Origin: Lepidodermella squamata
Taxonomy: Eukaryota; Animalia; Gastrotricha
DNA: 64,000 nt
Direction: 5' to 3'
Assembly: GCA_047495785.1 (NCBI GenBank)
Contig: JBLDXI010000032.1
Span: forward strand, 2,604,001-2,668,000
A program made the position numbers and the translations under genes. The notes beneath the pieces are model-generated. The model was not told where the DNA came from, made no database searches, and saw nothing but the letters and a program-made list of their open reading frames with translations. Positions 38,171-51,864 of the stretch are shown here, one piece after another (the stretch's first letter is position 1; the number at the start of each line of letters is the position of its first letter).

Positions 38171-41100
38171 TTGAATGAGCGATTTTTCACACGCGAACAC
38201 ACCACAGGAGCCGCACAAATCATTTTCTGTCTTTGACCTTTCTTCTTCTGATGCTGATCAGTAGCTCGAGTTATTATTATTAGCATTAATGTCGTTGGAC
38301 ATGCGGCAGATTTTTCAGCACTGTGCATTTATTAATTGACTAGCTCTAACATATTCCATGTTTAAATTTTTTTAACTGTCTTATTAATCGGTTAAAATCG
38401 AGAACTGTGCAAGTTGTGCTTCATTCGAGGGAACCCGGACTATTTCAAAATCTTGCGTGCGAGCGAACTCTTTGTCTTTTGTGTCGTATAGCTGAAAGCC
38501 GGTCGTCGGTCTATCTACAACCGCAATTTCTTATTCTTCATATAGCTTTCGCAATTTTTCCGCGTGTGTGGGTGTCATCATTGACGCCTGAAAGGGTTTC
38601 TAACTACATATAAAAAATTGGTGAGATATTTTTGTAATTTAAACACATGACACAAATTAACGTAATAGATTATCGATTATTGCGTTTCTATCGTTATATT
38701 ATAAATATTAATATTTAACCAAATACTACCTACACATTACTATGTGTGTAAAATCACGTAATCTATTCTTCTTTCTACACGATCATTCTACTAACCTATC
38801 ATCACTAGTTCGAGAATCTGTGTGCCGGCCGCAAGATAAAAAAATGAAATGAATTTGATACGAGTGATACGTCTGCCACCTTGTGTGATGAGAAACATCA
38901 CCTGTGTGCCGCGAACAGAACTCATTGGAGGAGGCACTAAACGTGGGAAATCTAGGCTGAAAAAATCATCATCCCGCGTGCTATTTTGTTAATTTTTTTC
39001 TGCTCGTTTTTCTTCTCACTTGATGATGAAAAAAGACGTGAATGTGCAAGCAATCGCAACAGATTTTTCTTTTTGAATGCGAGCAAAATGAGAGCGACCT
39101 GGTCGCCCACTCTGTTAACCGGTTCGCGTTATTCAGCAATCTGTTGTGCTTGAATCTTTATTTGACTAATTTGATATTTGTGCCTTCTTTGAGATGATGC
39201 TATCATATTTTTGTTCGCTCGTTTTTCAGCGCGAAAGCACACAACATCCCGGTGGTGGCTAAAGTGCGGTTGCCTAACCACGAAAAATTGAATTCCTGTT
39301 ATCATCATCAATCTTGCGCTTTCGTTTTATGTAACACGCAGATTTGTCTTATTAGTATTTATTATAGCTACCTTAATTGTTTATATACGAATCCACTGAT
39401 AAATATCTGAAATTGATATTGACGCGTTGCTTCAATTCAATTTTCGATGAAAAAAATATTTTCAAATCGGTGGCTCATATCGCTGATTTCATTACGAACG
39501 CCCCCGGTTTCTAACACTATTAACTTGTTGCCTCCCTCGAATATCGTATCTATCTTTGTCTATCTATCATTTGATTGGCGTGTCCGTTCGCTCGCCCGCC
39601 GGCTCACTTGACATCCCTCGATGAAAAAAATCAGTCACTTCTTTCGTTGGAATCGTCCTGCAATGTTGCGACACAGCTAGACTTCAGATCATTAGCCTTT
39701 TACCATGATAGAAGATATATACTTTGAAAATGTTGGAAACATTTTATAACTGGCGAGGTATCCACAAGCGCACCTTCTTCTTCATTATAGTATTTTATTG
39801 AGATGTAAAATTTGTGCGAAAATCTGCTGCTTGCGATCATCCAGTAACCGATAACCGTTGAATTTTTGTCTTCTGTCTTGTTGAGAAAAAGAGACCATAT
39901 ACCTTTGATAATTATTGCTACTTCTAAAACCTTGATACTACTTATCGCCGAAAATTGTTGCCATTTCTTCTTCTTCATCTTCTATATATGCTTGATTTTT
40001 TTATGGTATGTAGAAAAAAATTCACTAGAAACAATCGCCCGTTTAATCAATCGATATACATAACCACAATTTTCTTGTGGTTACCGCTTTCGTAACAAGA
40101 AAACACTTCGTGTTCTTTTCAAAAGATGGATCCGGTGGCGGCTAACACCGCATTGTGTTCTTACTCGCGTCATAAATTAATTAGCGTGCGAAAGTTTTTC
40201 TAGCGCCGACTTGCGCAACTGGTCGATAACTTGAATTTTAGCGCTAGAGCAATAGATTTCCGGCTCTTAATCCAGTACGTCGGTAATTTATCGGTAACAT
40301 CAAGAATTCTAGATGAAACTGCCGTCAACACGTTTTAAACATGATATAAATTGAAAACTATTACTATCTTAGAGTCAAACGAAAAATCTTTCTATTTGTT
40401 TTTTCTTTCCTCTTTTTCTCAATACGTTGCGTTTTCTACGATTGCGGATGAGTATAACACATGGAAACGAACGGTGTAAATAGCTAGCAACAATTTAACA
40501 ATTATTTAGCTCTCTTCAAATCGTAGAATGTTGCAATTTTTGTAAAATTGTGTATAAACGCGACTAAATTAGCTGAAATATTCAAGTAGTTTCTAGCTGT
40601 TGTAAAGCAATTGTTAGTCATTCGATCTAATTACGATGAAATCTTGATAAATTTCTGGCTAGCTCATTGTCGCTTCTTCGCGGCTCTTTAATATAATACT
40701 TAGAAAGCTATTGAAAACCAATCTTAAAGCGCTGCCCGTTTAAACAATGTAATCATCTATCGATTTCTTTAGCGTGTCTCGATTCATAGTTATGGAATTT
40801 ATCTAATCTTTGCTCGTCTTAAGATTATTAATATTTAACCAAAAAACATGCTCCATATCATTGTTCATTTTCTCCTCATCATTTTTCACTGTCGCTCGCT
40901 TTGTTTATTAGCCGATGCGCGTCGTTGCGCAAACACACCTTCGCATGCATTCAATTTTTTTTGATAAAGACTACTCGACGGGACAATATAAACTAATCAA
41001 TATGAAAATGCATCGGATCCCTCGGTACCACTCATCTTGACATAACAAAAATCACAGATCATGAAATATCTTGAAGCTAGGATAAATCAGTAAACTTTCT

Positions 41101-42793
41101 GAACTTAGGTTGAATACCTTTATATGATTTTCGAATTATGGGTATCAATTCGCCTTTTATTTTTGTTCATTTTTTTCTGCGATATTATGGTGGACTGCGA
41201 AGTTCATCTTCTTTCTCTTCTGTTACGCTCTTAACTTTCTCGAATTGTTATACGCGATTTTTCAATGGAATGATAATCGCATTATACTTGTACCCTGGAT
41301 TGGAGAGAGATATATTTTCGCAATTGTGCACATTATACCAGTTATTCTACTTGGTACCTACTAATAATTGTTATTGGATAATGATTATAAATTTTGAACT
41401 TTGAGCGAGGTTCTTCAAGCGCTTACAAGCGAGTTTCTCTAGTTTGAAGTGATATAAGGCTGTTGCTTTTATGAAAAAGCTTAAAAATGTAAAAAATATG
41501 CCTATATAACTATTATCTAGGATAGCTCATTTCTTGATATTTATGGCTATTTCGATTGATAATTGCAATTTTCGCGTCATTTTAGATTCTACAGACTTGG
41601 GCGGTAACTTTGCACCCTCGTCGGCTTTATCATGATAGATGGATGAAAAAAATCGGTTGATTATTGTAACGCATCCTGATATAGCAGCGTTTTATATTGT
41701 CTGTTCATATTATTCTTTAACATTCACCTAGTGCGTTTTCACTATAACAAAACCAGGTGTGTAGCGTTTTGAAATTTTTTGGATTTCGGGAAAAAAACTG
41801 TGAGAAACTAATGACCACTTATTATGAACATCTTTATTATAATTATTTAGCTTGTACTAATATTCATTCGTTGATGAGAATGAACGATCGATGGATGATG
41901 ATTTAATATCTGTAATATTATTATGATGATGTTATATTATTACCTGTATACTTACGTTTCTTATTTAAAATATGATTACAATACACTTTTTGTGTGGATG
42001 GCGAGAGCAGACCCATTGGTAGAAAATTTAGTGATTATCAAATAAAACAACAATAACTTCATTTTGGTGATGACTTTTTAACTGTACAAAAAGCGAAAGT
42101 TGAGAAAAGAGAACCGAAGAACCGAAGGAGAAATGGATCAGAGAAACTTGCAATTTGGAGAAATAGCGGGCTGCCTAGTACCGTGTGGTGCCCGCTGGGC
42201 AAGAATTGAGATGCGAATAAACAGTTCGGCAGAGGGTAAAAACGTTTATCAAACGTATTTCTTCATTTTTTAAGGCGGTGGAATAGGAATAAATTGCCAT
42301 TTACGGCATTTGAAAGACTGAAACATCCCTTTCGAAGATGGCAGTGTTTCATTTTAGCGAAGAGCGTTGTCGAAAAGCTATTCTCAAGGCTAAGCGAATC
42401 CAAAAGCACAAGTCAACTCATCACTGAAGAAGATCGAGTGGGGCTCGAAAAATAGGCAGATTCACCGTAATTTGAATCAAGGAATGCGGTTAAAAAGATA
42501 ATAAATAGGCAAACATTTATTCTGACGCAATTCGTAGTAATGACATCAGGTCGGACTTCTCGGCTGATATCGGAAGATCATCACGCGTTCAAGCCAGACG
42601 CTCGAGCGGCGCGTGCCTGCTCGACCGCATACGAACAATCTCATTCAACAAAGTTTCAAATGGCGCCCAATTTTTTTTCTAATTGCAGATGGCTACTCTC
42701 AAGCTGTCGCTAATAATCCCCTTGAACTGCCTTGTTCTGGATTCTTGATTTTATTTTATTTTTCTCATTTGATCCGAAAAATTTAGGACAATC

Positions 42794-44132
42794 ATGGTTG
42801 ATGATTCAGCGATGGCAATTCGTTCATTCAAAAGATCACCGTGGTGCACCCTTACTAATGTCTTGCTTACTCTGATGATTATGCTCCTGCTCGCCACGGG
42901 TGTCTACTACAAACTCACCATGGACAAGGTCGAGGAGACGGCGAAAGCAAGGCTCGATGATCAGGAAAAGCTCCTCCAGAAAATGAACGAAGTCGCCTCG
43001 AAAACAGGCATGTCACCCATCGAAGACCGCCGACCGGCTGCCTGCATTCAAGAATTCGCCAGCGGAGATCGGCCTGATCTGTCGCAGCTGGCTAAGTCCT
43101 ACCCTCATCTTCGAGTCACCGTTGTCGTGATTCCCAACTCAGATATGTCTGGCTACCAACGAGCCCTGGCGTCCATCATCGTCACGAGCATCACTCTGCA
43201 GTCGCAGCTTGAAATCGTCGTAGTAGCCGATGCGAACGAAGCGGCTCAGTACCGTGAAGCCTTCGCTGGTTTGCAAAGGTTAAAATTTAGCCTATTTTTC
43301 TAAAATTTATTACTTCATTTAAATATTTAAATAGTAATAAGATGACTATCCGCGTTATGGAGTCGCGACCTCGTGAGACAATCTTTCAAGAGGAACTCGA
43401 AATCGCTGAAAGATGCTCAGCGTCTGACGTTGTCGTTTTCATGACCGCCGACATGAAGGCTACTGCCGGGTGGCTTGATGCCCTCCTGTTGCCATTTGTT
43501 CGCGGCGAACAAGCCGATAACGCCCCACTCATTGTCGCACCCTACTTCAACGCTGCTAGTGATGATGACGACAAGCGTGCCCACATGTCTTTTGATTGGC
43601 GCCTGAAGCCGAAATGGACAAAGCCGTCTCGTGGCAGTTCCCTTGGTCCTGCAACTAGCGAAGTTCCAGCGATGGCTTTCCTGCCCGACTCCTTCGCCAT
43701 CAATCGGAAATCGGCGAATTTCAAGAAACTTCTCGACTTTGTGCGCCAGAATGGTATCACTGATGCCACGTCACTTGACGCTGCTATGTATTCGGCCCGT
43801 TGCTTGAACCAGCCTGTTGTCATGGTACCGTGTTCGCGCGTTGTTCTCGTCTCTGAGGAAGGTTTGCCATCCGAGTTTGAACCTTCGATCTCAGCAGAAA
43901 CAAAGCAACGCATCACTGAGCTTTGGGTCGAAGACCATCTGAAGTCGGCTCGCCAATTCGAAGTCCTGGCTCAACTGAAGCCAATGAACAAACCTCAAAT
44001 CTCGACAGCTGATGTTTCCAGCTGCAAGTATGGAAAACCCACATTTTTATATCGCCAATGGATTTTTATTACTTTTTCAGGTCTCTTGCCGACGTTGCGA
44101 AGCAGTACAAAGCTGAGGAACTTATGATCTAG
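42794..44132 (+). CDS. GalNAc-transferase-like type II membrane protein, DxH lost, truncated before the lectin domain (possible pseudogene); exons 42794-43278, 43335-44027, 44081-44132
   Basis: N-terminal TM helix; IEDRRPAAC, VFMTADMKATAGWLDALL, FDWRLKPKW, FAINRKS, MVPCSRV; stop after KAEELMI. Confidence 0.72.
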
Positions 44133-44813
44133 ATGTTGACTGAAAATCATAGAGAATTCGGATCTGAAGAGACGAGTAGAGATGATATTATTTATTTTTC
44201 TGCCTTGCTGAAGGTTGTTAGGGATTGGTAGCGTGAATAAATTATTTTCTGATGGTTTGAATCATTGATTTTTTTCAATTAGCAAAACACCGGTAACAGC
44301 AATCAAGACGGCAGCTGCCTAAATACATGCCGAATTAAGGTTGTTGAATATTGTAGCAATGATGCATGAAGCTACGCGAAAACGATACTTTTCGAATTAA
44401 GGCGGATGATCACCGACAGTGGTTATACAATAATTTTAATTCAAGGAGTCGAAAATCATTTTATCCGCTCAGAGAATTCAGCAGCCGCAACGGATTAATC
44501 GGAAATTTCATAAATAACGACAATTTGCATTAAATCCTGTGAAGCCTATTTATTTCGTTATTTTTGTTAAATATCCATCATTTATTTTCGATATTTCTTC
44601 GATATTGAAATAAACTTCTTAAATAATGAAGAGAAATAAATGTTTCCGAGTTCGATCGCACGCCAATATGGTACGCAACAATTACGAGTGAAAAAAGCGG
44701 CGCCGCCACGCGCCATGAATTTTTGAAAGCTAATTTTTCAATTCAACTTTTACGCTTTAAAAAAATCGCGTGTTTTTGGAATTTTAAATTTTAGCAATTC
44801 AACCCTTCAATAA

Positions 44814-46723
44814 ATGACCATGGCCGTTGTCAGGTCCTGGCGATCCGTGCGATGCGGCGACTGTTTACTGCTTACCGGTGTCACTATTGTCCTTATGATA
44901 ATGGGCTCTTTGTATTTGAAGAATCAGCACCAGCAGCCAAGCACGGCGGCCGGGCGCAATGCCGGCCGTCACGCTGATTTGCTCCAGGACGATGCGGCAC
45001 CGAACTACGAAAACATCTGGCCGGCTGGTAAAATGCGCGGCGGCGCACGGGCCGTCGGCGGCAGTCGCAAGTCGCGTAAACACGCCGAAAAAATTCAGGC
45101 CGCCGTTGAAAAAATCGGCCTCGAACCACTTCCCGACACTCGCCCGGCGGCCTGCCACACCCGCTATGTCGACCAGCTGTCGGAACGCATCGGCGATGAA
45201 GAGAGCCTCCAATCACGCTTGTCCAAGGTCAAAATCGGAGTGGTTATCACCCCAACGCATTCGACCTTCCCAGCTGCTGAATTTAAAACAACCCTCGTCA
45301 GTTTGCTGGCTACGTCGGCCTCTTACTACAACATCATCGACATCGGCATGGTGACTGCTAGCCCAGAAACTGCGAAAAATTTGCGACAAGCCTTCCAAAG
45401 CCTTTCCTCTAATTCAAAGCCGAATTTCCACATTTTAGAGCGTGAAGATTTCTTCGAGAAGGAAACGCTCTTCAAGGAGATGTTGGCTATTACGGCCGCG
45501 GATTATTCTCATGTTGATATTATGGTTTTCTTAACCGCCGGAGTTCAGTGCAATTTAGGGTGGCTTGAAGCTCTTGTTGATCCCTTGTTGTCCAAATCGC
45601 CCAAAGCCCCAGTTATATCCTCGCCTCTATTCAGCCATGTTAACGGGCCAATGGAGCGTGACCGGCTTATCTTCAACTGGCGTTTAGCACCGAAATGGAT
45701 TCAGGTTATTTCAGACATTTTCCTGGTGTAAAATTTTAGACCTCTTCAACTTCAGGCATCGGAAGAATTTCTTTCCCAGCGATCGAGTGATGCCGATGTG
45801 ATACCATCACTGATGTTTATGCCGCAAGCATTTGCCTTCAATCGCAAGTCTGAGCAATTCGCCCGGCTGTTCTCCTTCATCAGCCAGCGCAATATCGCCG
45901 ATCCAACCACATTCGACGCCGCAATGTACTTCTGGCGCTGTCTTCAAGTGCCCGTCGTCATGGCACCATGCGCCCGCATGACTCTTCCGAATGGCCTCAT
46001 CGAATCTGAATTCGATCCGATCCTCAAATCGCCAAGCGATACCAAGAAACGTTTAGCTGCGACGTGGCTGGCTCATTACCGCGCCAAGGTCGAACCAGTT
46101 CTTGGCAAATGGCCGGCTCAACTCGACGGACAGGCTCATTGCAAGTATAATTTTCCTCACGCAATAAGCTAATCAAGTCACTGATTATATTATTTTTCAG
46201 GGAGCTTAACGAGGTGATCGATGCCAGGGAAGAAAATGAACTCTTCGTAGTCCCTGAAATCGTCGACAAAGCTGGCTACCATTACTTGGCATCTTTGGCC
46301 GGTACAACTTTTCTACCTAGTAACGGCCAATTTCGAGCTATCCCTTGCCCATTCCCCGCAAGCCCTGATATGGTAATTAAGGAACCAGGTTTTTGATATT
46401 TTAATTTAAAGGCTTTTATCTTGTAGATGTTCAAACATTTGCTAAGTGGGCATATTCAAAATCCGAGTGGACTGTGCATCACATCGCCGGCCGATAAGAC
46501 CTACGTCGAACTTAGGGGCTGCCGCGATGAAGATCCAGCTCAGCAGTGGGTGTTCTTGGAGGATGGCAAGCTGCAGAACGTGGCGACGCGAGATTGCATG
46601 ATGCACGCGACTGATCCGGCGAGTGACAAGCAGACCCACTCGAAGACACAGGTGCTAATGATGGCAGAGTGCAATATGGAAGACTCCAATTTCATGAAGT
46701 TTGATTTTGTCGAAGTCTGCTGA
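44814..46723 (+). CDS. GalNAc-transferase-like protein with ricin-B domain, DxH lost; exons 44814-45704, 45756-46144, 46201-46372, 46427-46723
   Basis: TM helix; LPDTRPAAC, VFLTAGVQCNLGWLEALV, FNWRLAPKW, WRC..MAPCAR, ricin QQWVF. Confidence 0.8.
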
Positions 46724-49159
46724 AATCCCAGTTACTTTTTTGTTCATGGTCTGGTCATCATAGAATAATTTAAAAAATAAAAACTTCAATTCTCATTCTG
46801 CTTCGCATTGCTTTTTCAAAAATCCTCCTGAATTGATCTGGATGCTAGGCTAAATTGCTAAATTTAAGGCGAATTTCCCAAGTCTCCAGGGTGATCAACG
46901 GGTACCCAGAATTCGTATATTTCAGATTTCAGTAATCTATAGGTGATGGTTCAAATAACTTGATATGACCGAAAAGTGAAAAAAGCAAAGCAAGTGTGTT
47001 GACTTGAAGAGGGACGATTCTTGGAAACCTTGATGTTCTTACTCAGTTTTTCTTGAGGATTTTGAATTTTCATAATTCAGCCCTCTAGGAGGCTCTCATC
47101 CACCTCAGAAGACGAGGGACCCCAAAGTATCGCCGAAAAGGCTATAATCGATTTAGGTTGACGTGGAAGCCCTAGCTTGATTTCATCAAAATTGCTGAAC
47201 ATCTAACAAGATAACCCTTGAACATCTCGACTGCGCATAAGAAAATAACATCAGAATTTATTGCGTGATTAAAGATGCAATAAAACTCAATTTTTTAAGC
47301 GCGCATTTTTCGAAATTTGCAATTTTTACGCGTGAACTTTGAAGCCCTTTTTCTCAGCAACCCTGATGACTATCAACATATTTTTGGTATTGTTCGACTC
47401 CTCGTTCAATTATGTTGAAAGCGGTATCAAAATCTCACGATGTCAAAAATTGCGCCAATCCCCGCGGTCATATGTCTTTCAGGCCTCGATACAACAAATT
47501 TGTGATTAATCAAAACAACAGGATAATGAATCATCTCAACAGTTTTATTCCGCGCAGCAAGGAATCACTTTCGTGTCTCATTAATAATAATAATAGTAAT
47601 AATTCATCGCCAGATTCACACGCAGCTTTAGATTCGTGTAATAACAATAGCAGCAATAATTGTACAATAACAGCATTTGCATCATCAATTTTTCAAATAA
47701 TAAATTGCAATAAATCAACAAATTGCAGCTTTCAGAAGTGTCCTAGTATTTAATTTTTAATCGCCAATTACCCGCCGCCCATCTCAACAGCACAGGGGGC
47801 AGCTTTTCAAGTGTTGAATGCGATCACGCCGTCATCATATCAAGTTTGTTTTATTACACCGCACAATTTCTACGGCCTATAGGTGTGGATAAATACAAGA
47901 CGTGATGATGGTGATGAACAAAGGGTCGCGAGTTCGGTACAACGCGCGCTCTTACAGCTAAAACTATCTTACGCTGTAGGCACATGTCAAAGTGATAGCC
48001 ACAATAACATTAATACAGAAAAATGACATATTGTGCGAGCCATGGATGTGTGAGGATTTTTGGCTCTACACAATGTCGCGTGGCCACGTTCTCGCGCCGC
48101 AAACATCAGATTGTATCAAGTGTTCATCCTGTACCTACCTACTATATCGGCTATGTCCTCAGCTATACTAATAATAAATTCTGCCTAGCCATTATGATGT
48201 CTCTCACACATATGTAGCGAATTCGTCATCATTATCAGCGTCAAGCGAGGTGAAAACCTCAAGCGTGCCTAACTTATACACAAGTCCATTGGCCGCCGTC
48301 AAAAGAGCGACGCGAAATGCAAAGAATTACTATTATTACTACTTTCGCATGATGTTACTCGAACCTGCTCCGGTCGCCAGACACATTTTAGTCACAGAAT
48401 TACTATTAATTTGATAATGAAAGGAAGGCGAATGGCGAGATAATTACAATGGTAAATATTTTGCAACACAGTTTTTCAACAACAATAATAATAATTAGGC
48501 AAACAAACAAATTCACGTGTGGATGTGAAACGCGTATTGGTCCCTGCTCTGTACAACAGGTTTGAGCTTTTGCATTTGCACGGGGATGGCCACTTTGCAT
48601 CGTACTTTTTCGGATTTTTCTCTTACTTTTTCTTCCTACCACGCCGGATTCAAACGAAGGAGAGACAGAGAGATTGTCGAAGACTAAACAAGAACCAGTC
48701 GTCATGATTGTTGCCTCACCGAGAGTCAAAATAAAGGCTGCGCGGTATCTCTCACGATGAGTGGTAAATGTAATAATTATAAATAACAGAAAAAATGAGG
48801 AATGTTTTGTTCAACTAAAAGATCGCGAGAACTACTCAGAGATAAGGCCACACATTGGTGTACAAAATACAAATAATCAGATTTTTTTATTATTACAACC
48901 AGCAATTTATGTCGTCGTTATTAGGTATGCAAAATTTACGTATGTACACTTACAATCGGAAAGAGACAATTTCACGCCAGTGAAAATCGGCGCCCGCATC
49001 GTAGCAAAAAAAAAAGAAATTTATGAAAAATATCAGCTGATATCAATATAAGCAGCAAATAGAATTTTTCTGTTGTAATAAAGAGGCTTAATTTCTCTAT
49101 CATTTTTCGATGAGATATATATATAATTTCAATTGAGAGCACTCATCAGATAAGATTTT

Positions 49160-50386
49160 CTACGCCGAGCTGTCAGAGCTTAGATCGAAGAGCTCGCCGA
49201 GGCCGGAAGAATCTCCGCGAGGCACGGGCTTCAAGAGCAATTCGCCGTTTTCGTACGAAATAGGCCGAGTTTTATAGTACGCAACCAATTCGACTAGTGT
49301 TTTAAATGAAGGTTGATTTTGCCCAACGACTTGGTAACAATCGTCAAGGGCTGCGATGAGGAAATGCTTGAATCCACTTGTATCTATCAAATCAAATCAG
49401 TCATGTAATTATAAACAAAAATTGTTAAACTGCTCTGCAACTCACGTTTATAGGAAACAGCATAGCCCCATATTCTCTCATTTAGCCGCACTAAAAACGA
49501 GCCTATTGTTACGTTGTCATTGGCCAGCAGGTATTCCGCGTCGTTTCGACCAATTAAGCCGTGAAACCACACAGGAATACAGCCGTACTCGTCGGTAATA
49601 GACCGCCGTTGAAGCTCCCTCCTCCGAAACCACCGAACCACGTCGCTGCGGCTTTGAGGTCTTTCGGAAAATTCAGTCCACAGAGATTTTTGATTCTGTC
49701 GATAGTGAGCCATTATTACGTCGATGTCTTTCGCAGTGAGTTGGCGAGATCTAGCTTGGCGTGCGCGGTTTCGAGCTTCCTGCTCAGCCCGTTTCGCTTT
49801 TTCCTCTTGTTCCTGCCAGGCATGTTCAGCTACGGCCTCATCGTCTGAGCCTCGAAGCCGCAGTGCGTCAAGAGGTACTACACCATCAGATCCTTCTTGT
49901 GTTTTCTCAGCAGAGGCGGATATGATGGGTACTCGTTGTTCTGACTTGATTTCAGGTACAATCAAATTCGTTAATTGAGTGCTTTCCTTCAGAGCGGAAT
50001 CCGTGTTTTTGGATATTTCGAGAGACACAGTTGTTTTAGTCCACGCGTTATCCTCAGTTTTAGAGCTCGTAGTCTCATCAAAAACCCAAGTCCAGGGTTG
50101 ACCTCTATCATCCATTAATATTTCGACTTTTTTGTCTATATCAAACATATAAGATTATAGCCAAGTTCAGCAAGGCAAGAATAATCAACTCACTTTTTCT
50201 TTTTATCACTTTCGGTTCGCCCTTCATGTATTCACCTGATTCCCATTTTTGATCATATTCTGTCCATCGCCTAACTTGCTCTTGGCGCATTTTGTAAAAC
50301 AGCACCTGCTTAAGATCATCGGGGAGCTCTATAAGCAGCTCCTTGTCGATATGCATCGTCTCCAGGATCTGCTGCAGCATGGTCAT
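49160..50386 (-). CDS. SH2D4: SH2 domain-containing protein 4; exons 50386-50194, 50135-49446, 49383-49160
   Basis: MLQQILETMHIDKELL..LFYKMRQEQVRRW; WFHGLIGRNDAE..GSFLVRLNERIWGYAVSY. Confidence 0.9.
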
Positions 50387-50485
50387 TCGTGGTTGCTAAA
50401 TTTAATAAACCTAATGATAGAGCATAAAACATGAAAACCGGGAAGACTTTGTTCTATAAATAAATGAGAGCAGATTGTGCAAATA

Positions 50486-51205
50486 TCATAGCAGAGGGCC
50501 GATGTAGTGACATCTTGGATTCGCTTGTACCAATTCTTCCCATTGAACAATAACATAGTCTACAAATGGCATTAATAACTTTGCGCTAAGGGAGAGTGTT
50601 TTGACTCGGCAAATGCTTTCAACGTAAATGACAGTCATGTCGGAAAATACTAGCAATTTCATGAGAAACGCGGCAACACATAAGGGAACGCAGGTGCCAG
50701 GCCCATTGCATAGAATCAAATCTGGAGAAACTTTCCAAACTTGACGCGCAGCGAAGATGAATGAGTACAAAGTTGTCAAGACTGACGTAAAATATGACTG
50801 TCCGACCTCTCGACTACGAGGAATGCGAATGATGTTAACTGATTTGACAGCGGTTTTTTCGCCATTCTTCAATGAGGTCACCAGCTTCTTAATGTCTGCT
50901 GTGTTACCGAAATTTTCCTCCAGTTCGATAACTTTGTGCTCACTCATGCGATCAGTATCGGCCATGAAGTAATATCGAGGCTGATAGTTTCCGGGATTCA
51001 AACGCCTTGCAAGCTTAGTCATCTCAAGAGTATGACCTCCAGATCCCAAAATGATAGCTGTGACGGCTGGCAAACGAGAGCGATGCCTGACAAAAGCGGA
51101 TAATGGTCGTTTCCGGCATAGCAGATTAAACAGTCGGAAAGTATACGCCCCAACAGCAAACATCAAAACAGTAGAAAGAGCCTGCCATAATAGCTCGGAT
51201 ATCAT
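50486..51205 (-). CDS. ALG14: UDP-GlcNAc transferase subunit ALG14, intronless
   Basis: ILGSGGHTLEM, IPRSREVGQSY, LCNGPGTCVP, YVESICRVKTLSLS, VQWEEL. Confidence 0.95.
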   Translation of the reverse strand: MISELLWQALSTVLMFAVGAYTFRLFNLLCRKRPLSAFVRHRSRLPAVTAIILGSGGHTLEMTKLARRLNPGNYQPRYYFMADTDRMSEHKVIELEENFGNTADIKKLVTSLKNGEKTAVKSVNIIRIPRSREVGQSYFTSVLTTLYSFIFAARQVWKVSPDLILCNGPGTCVPLCVAAFLMKLLVFSDMTVIYVESICRVKTLSLSAKLLMPFVDYVIVQWEELVQANPRCHYIGPLL

Positions 51206-51573
51206 GTTATATGTTTAAGTTGACCTAATAGACAACGATCATTCTTGAAATGAGCAATCGATTCCAACTCCTTTGACCATGTCTAAATTTTAAAATTGGA
51301 CTAGCGTGCAACGTAAAAATGCTAAACGGGAGATGTTAAAATCGACAGCGATCAGCGGTCAAAGCAAGCCGCAAGGGTCAACGCTCAAACATCAAACACC
51401 AAGCAGATGAATGCTGACTTCAAAAGTTGAGTGAGACATATCATGAGACGCCAAACTTTTCAAGCCGCAATATTTACTGTAATTTAAACTTCAAATTATT
51501 TTTATGTTTTTGTTAATGTTAATTTATATTATGTTAAAATTACAATTTTGAAATTATTTACTTTAATGCGTGC

Positions 51574-51864
51574 TTAGCAACGGAGGGTGCCACCTGATGT
51601 GACGAAAGTGCATCGATTGGTGTCGCTCTTGGCGCTCTCTGGTTCCAAGTCTTTGGCTGATAAGGCTTCGATTTTGAGCTTCTGACACGAGTATGCCCGC
51701 AGCCTTAATGGCCACCGCAGACGTGGGTCCGAAGGACCAACATTTATATCGATGTCGCTGCTCTCAGTCAAAGCCGGTTTCTTAATTTCAGATAATCTTT
51801 GTATCTGGATGGTATTAGATTGCTTAAATAAAAAACTTGACTCTTCAGCTCCCGCAGTTACCAT
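51574..51864 (-). repeat. Degraded dispersed repeat with coding remnants, copy B
   Basis: Similar to 13090-13350 at DNA level (gtctttggctgat, ttctgacacg, accaacat, ctcagtca..ccggtt) and peptide level. Confidence 0.55.

Noticed and set aside
37508-38218. 236-aa minus-strand ORF with poly-Leu
   Set aside because: Antisense of the unkempt poly-Q exon
41000-42480. Coding-like purine-rich patches
   Set aside because: No frame-consistent exon chain could be built
47412-47753. Asn-rich 113-aa ORF
   Set aside because: Explained by AAT/AAC low-complexity DNA
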